This document shows positions 60,110-64,000 of a DNA stretch of 64,000 nucleotides, piece after piece. This DNA comes from Eukaryota sp. TZLM1-RC (lineage: Eukaryota > Protista > Metamonada: BaSk clade). Each line of letters opens with the position of its first letter. The first letter of the stretch is position 1. A program made the translations under genes and the position numbers. The notes under the pieces were generated by a model. The model made no database searches. It saw nothing but the letters and a program-made list of their open reading frames with translations, and was not told where the DNA came from. The stretch spans positions 310,001 through 374,000 of the forward strand of contig JAUPSS010000002.1 in the NCBI GenBank assembly GCA_040285825.1, given 5' to 3'.

Positions 60110-62197
60110 CTATACACTACACAGATATCGAGGCCTTTCATTACCACTCACTCTGGTTTCAACAATTGTAAATTTATTCAGGTAAGCCAGTTTATTTCTA
60201 CTGAAGAGCTTTTTTGAGCCTTTGTTAATGAATTTACAACTCTCACTGTTACAAGCTATTAAACCATGACATATAGTAACTGGGTTCCTTTCTCTCCTAT
60301 AGAATTTGGAATTTGTTACTCTCAAAAATGTATCAACTTTTTCAAAACAAACAGGACATTTAGCTGGAGTGAAAGCTTCATTAATCATCAATATTTCAGA
60401 TCTGTGTCTTTTCAGAAATTGAATCCATCCAGTTTCACGAGTAGGTCTCTGATGTTTCAAATTTTTAAAGTCGCTTTTACAATAATTCTTTATTTATTGA
60501 ATTTGCACACTTAATTAAATTAACTCATAACTAATGGGACGACTATCATTGAACCAAGATTTCCTCTACAAAATCTTGATCTGCTTGCTGTCTGTAAAAT
60601 TACAATAATTCCCAATTGGTATCAAAGTGTCTTTTGGGTTACCCAACTGTTGAACAAGGTATTTTAACAACCAACTTTCAGTCTTTTGCTTGTGAATGGA
60701 AGCCTGCATTTTATGGATGATTCACAAGTCGAGACTGTAAAAGTCAATTGTTACAAATACTCACCGAAATTTGGCAACCACAAAGTTGGAAAAATCTATA
60801 AAAGTTGCTGAATTGGCAGAAAATGCGGAAATTCGGTATTTGCATCTTCAATTGTTTGGTTTCTGTTTTCATCTGCCACGGTAATTTGGGTTGTCCATCT
60901 TCTTTGTTTTTCATTAGTTCTACTTTACAAATACCAAGACATTTGGGTCATTCTCAACCATTTGTTCTTCTTGTCTTGAGTCATCACCCGACTATTTCTT
61001 TGCTGTTCGGTTTCATTTTGAGGAACCATGGCCAATTCTTGATCAGTCTTTTTATTCCCAAAGTATAATAAATCACGTTTTCCAGGCTCACATACAACTA
61101 TTCGTTTATCATGAAAAGTTTCAACACCAACATCATCAATATACAAATCAGAAATACTGGCCTTGTTTTCTGGTTTACATTTCTGGCCTTCCAAATATCG
61201 ACGAACAAATTCCAGTGCAATATTAAAACCATCTGTGTGGACAGTGTTGTTGAATTTAAAGCTCTTCTGTTTGAACATTTTTGGTTTAAATCGAGAATAT
61301 TAGACCAAAATTCAAATTGCTGAGGTGGTTTGACTTTCGTAATCTGGGCTAATGTATTGGACATTTTGACTGTCTGTGTAGGTGATAAATCATCAATTAA
61401 TGTTTGTTTATTAATTCTCCATATTGTTCTTGTATCAATAGGAAGATATCGAGGATCTACAGTGGATTATAGAGGGGTAATGTATAAGGTTTCCCCTCTC
61501 TACTGGCAATAAATTGAGCAATAGTAATTGCTGGTTTTAAATATATCCGAGGATCTTTCTCAACAGCATCTGCAAGAAAATGTACATCAACGGGAAATAT
61601 ATTGTCAACCAGATTTTCATCCATAACTAAATTCTCAATTTGATAAGTAAATGGTGTTTCGAGACCATAAAAAATTTCGTGACGTTCATTGTTTCTCATA
61701 TTATAATGTTGACATAAATTTAAAACTCATCATCAAGAAGGCCCGAAATATTTAGGTGCAAATCTTAAAAAACTCAAGCAATCTCTTTCATCAACTAAAA
61801 ACATGTTTTTGAATTGTCGAAGTCTAAAACTGTATGATAAAATTATGGTAGACAATGGCGTTACGTACCCACCCAGAATGTGCATTCTATTAACAAATTT
61901 TCTACAACTGATGTGTCAAAAAAACATTAATGAAACGATTGACATGTTTTCCATAAGTTGCTTGAGTGCATCAATCGTTGAATCATCTGGAACATTGGGA
62001 ATAGGTAAATCAAATTTATGGGTAAATCAAATCAAATCGATTTTTCAAAATTTTTAAATCAAAGTTGATTAAGTTGTGATTCAATAAACAATGTGGTTGA
62101 TAATTACCAATAATATTTGCAAAGCTTCTCCGTTATCGAACAATTCTGACTGTACATTTATATCAATTTCAGGTAAACTTGTAATTTGAGGACTCAT
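60110..62197 (-). pseudogene. Fanzor1 pseudogene
   Basis: TVHTDGFNI, RuvC-I VVCEPGKRDLL, GNPKDTLIPIG, RuvC-II INEAFT, CPVC...HGLIAC...C and terminal GNERPRYLC. The 5' part is cut by an LTR at 62198. Confidence 0.85.
60489..60599 (-). mobile_element. About 110-bp 3' stub of CRE-like family 1 inserted in the Fanzor
   Basis: Near-identical to 40556-40655, with 12-bp TSD TTACAATAATTC (60477-60488 and 60600-60611). Confidence 0.9.
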
Positions 62198-63239
62198 TGA
62201 TGCTGTAAGGTTAGACATGTGCAGTAGAAAGAGATAAGATTAATTATGGAATTTCACCGGGCCTTACAAAGGCCACCACTAGTGAAGTATCTATGATAAT
62301 ATATATACTAGACTAATTGTCCATAGTACAACATTTTCCCTCTCTTAGCTCTTGTACGAGAGCTTTAAAAATTAACTGCAGAGGAATTAATTTTAGATTT
62401 AGCATTGGAATTCACTTTCCGTTCATTGGTAGTGCGAGGTCCAAGGGTACGCAAATATGATTGGTATGCATCAGTGCTTTTGACGTCAGCAACTGCGACA
62501 GACGGTGTCTCGCCGCCATACCAAATTGCGGTGCAATAGGTAATCTTATTATTATTCGAGTCTAAAATCCAAGTGATCTTTAAACTTAATAATTGCAGAT
62601 TCTTCGATATCACCAGCAGCAATGTTCTTATGTCAATCTAAATCTTCCTTAGAGAAGTCAAGGAAATATAACTTACAATGATTAATACTTGCCGTGGACA
62701 CCGAACCAGTGACAAGATTCTTGAGTATTAAACTTCTATTGGATTTCACTTCTTCGATAAAAAAGGGCAAGCGAAGCAACCATGGAGTTCATTATTAGTC
62801 TTTTATTGCAAAGCTAAGTCACCTTTATTAAAAGGGTTGCTATGTTTGTTAACTTCAGGCAGTTGATGAGCTTGCCTGAGCTTTGCATCTTTTCTCTTCT
62901 TTGAAATCCTTTCAAGTTCTGCTTCAAGATCTTTAACAAAGGGAATATTAACATTAGCTGATTATATTAGTTCAAACATATTACTAGGATCGGCTCTAGG
63001 ACTGTAATCGCTACCAAACATTAAATTGTAAGGCGAATGACCAGTAACTCTACTGATAGTTGAACTAATTTGAAGTTGTACAATTGAAATATATTGACTC
63101 CAATTGCTGTAATCACCAGAATCCACCAGAATCTCTTTTAGACTTTGGAAAATATCTCTGTGACGTCTTTTTACTAAACCGTTCCTTTGTGAAAAGCCAG
63201 TTAGTAAACGACTTACTTCGATATTCAATAGATTGCATA
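62198..63239 (-). mobile_element. Ty3/gypsy family B 3' end: integrase C-terminal relic, PPT and 3' LTR (62198-62333)
   Basis: SQRNGLVKR...TGHSPYNLMFG integrase motifs, and PPT AAGAGAGGGAAAA adjacent to the LTR TGTTG. Confidence 0.85.
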
Positions 63240-64000
63240 TGTTGCTTTTCATGCATTAAACATCAACAAAAACAGAAGTTTATGGACAGAATACAAGAAA
63301 TCAACAAATAAAACTAAATACTAGAATTTAAAACTATGATGACGTGCTCCACTTTCCTAAAAGGAAAAGTCACGTTTAGCCACAGTCAACACTGCCTTTT
63401 CTTTTTTTTCAACGGGTTTTTGGAGAATCAGCGGTAAGCTTAATGTATCTAGAGTACGCAACAGTGTTTCAGATCGAGTCAACGGGCTGAACGGTGGTGG
63501 TTTTATCGGACCAGAGGACAAGTAGCGGAATTAGCAGAGACACCAACTATGGCATCGAGAATCAATTCACCTGAGTGGGCATCCACATATACGTTCAAGA
63601 TATTCGGGGGTAAGGAAAACAAGCAGGGTTTTACGAGATGGATAGCAGTCTTGAGAGAGGAGCCTGAGATGGGATTCTGGACCAGAAGAGAGCTACGTGG
63701 TAGGATCTTGAGAAATACGTGCCTACAAAGTGGCCGTGGAGCTTGTCTGGCCTCTCGCGCAGAACAAGGACTCAGTCGTTTCGTTGACCTGAGGACAATA
63801 GGCGGGTTTGAGCATGTCGACAGGATACTGGTTGGCAGACAGGGTTTCTTTACATGAGGCAGTGAGTTTTTTTGACAAGACTTGCAGGTGTTCAATGAAC
63901 TCAAGTTTGTTCGGAGGAAGAGGATGGGTAGGCAAGAAACTCAACAGCTGGTTGGGCAGTAAACGGGGAGAAGTGTCGGATCCAAAAATGAGGCAGATTG
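63240..64000 (-). mobile_element. 3' end of an F-like LTR element: 3' LTR 63240-63391, PPT and decayed integrase tail
   Basis: PPT GAAAAAAAAGAAAAGG before TGTTG, LTR resembling 15555-15727, and PVDMLKPAY. Continues beyond the window. Confidence 0.65.

Noticed and set aside
15555-63391. F-like 5' LTR (15.6 kb) and 3' LTR (63.3 kb), both in family B integrase, as two ends of one insertion
   Set aside because: The LTRs are clearly diverged, the flanks (GTGG versus CATA) give no TSD and the integrase positions differ.

Overview
AT-rich eukaryotic DNA from an intron-poor, flagellated protist (inferred from DRC8, CFAP410 and AHI1; the taxon cannot be fixed from the sequence). Eleven host genes sit as islands: WDR75/UTP17, bacterial-type threonine synthase, DRC8, HEATR6, a VAP-like MSP protein, CFAP410, E2F, a cullin, AHI1, a TFIIB/BRF factor and a SNF1/CIPK-like kinase with three 28-34 nt introns. 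Between them are nested, mostly decayed transposons: about six Ty3/gypsy-type LTR families (labelled A-F here) with short 95-175 bp LTRs, about a dozen 5'-truncated CRE-like (RLE) non-LTR copies, a MULE, a hAT-type MITE and at least six Fanzor (eukaryotic TnpB-like) relics. The top observation is that no 5' LTR has a tRNA primer-binding site directly after it. Each carries a self-complementary CA-N7/8-TG palindrome overlapping the LTR end, usually plus a bulge and an outer stem, with compensatory changes between families. This suggests a tRNA-independent priming or dimerisation system. Two inversions can be reconstructed from swapped or inverted target-site duplications (TSDs). Coordinates of decayed elements are approximate and all homology calls were made by eye.
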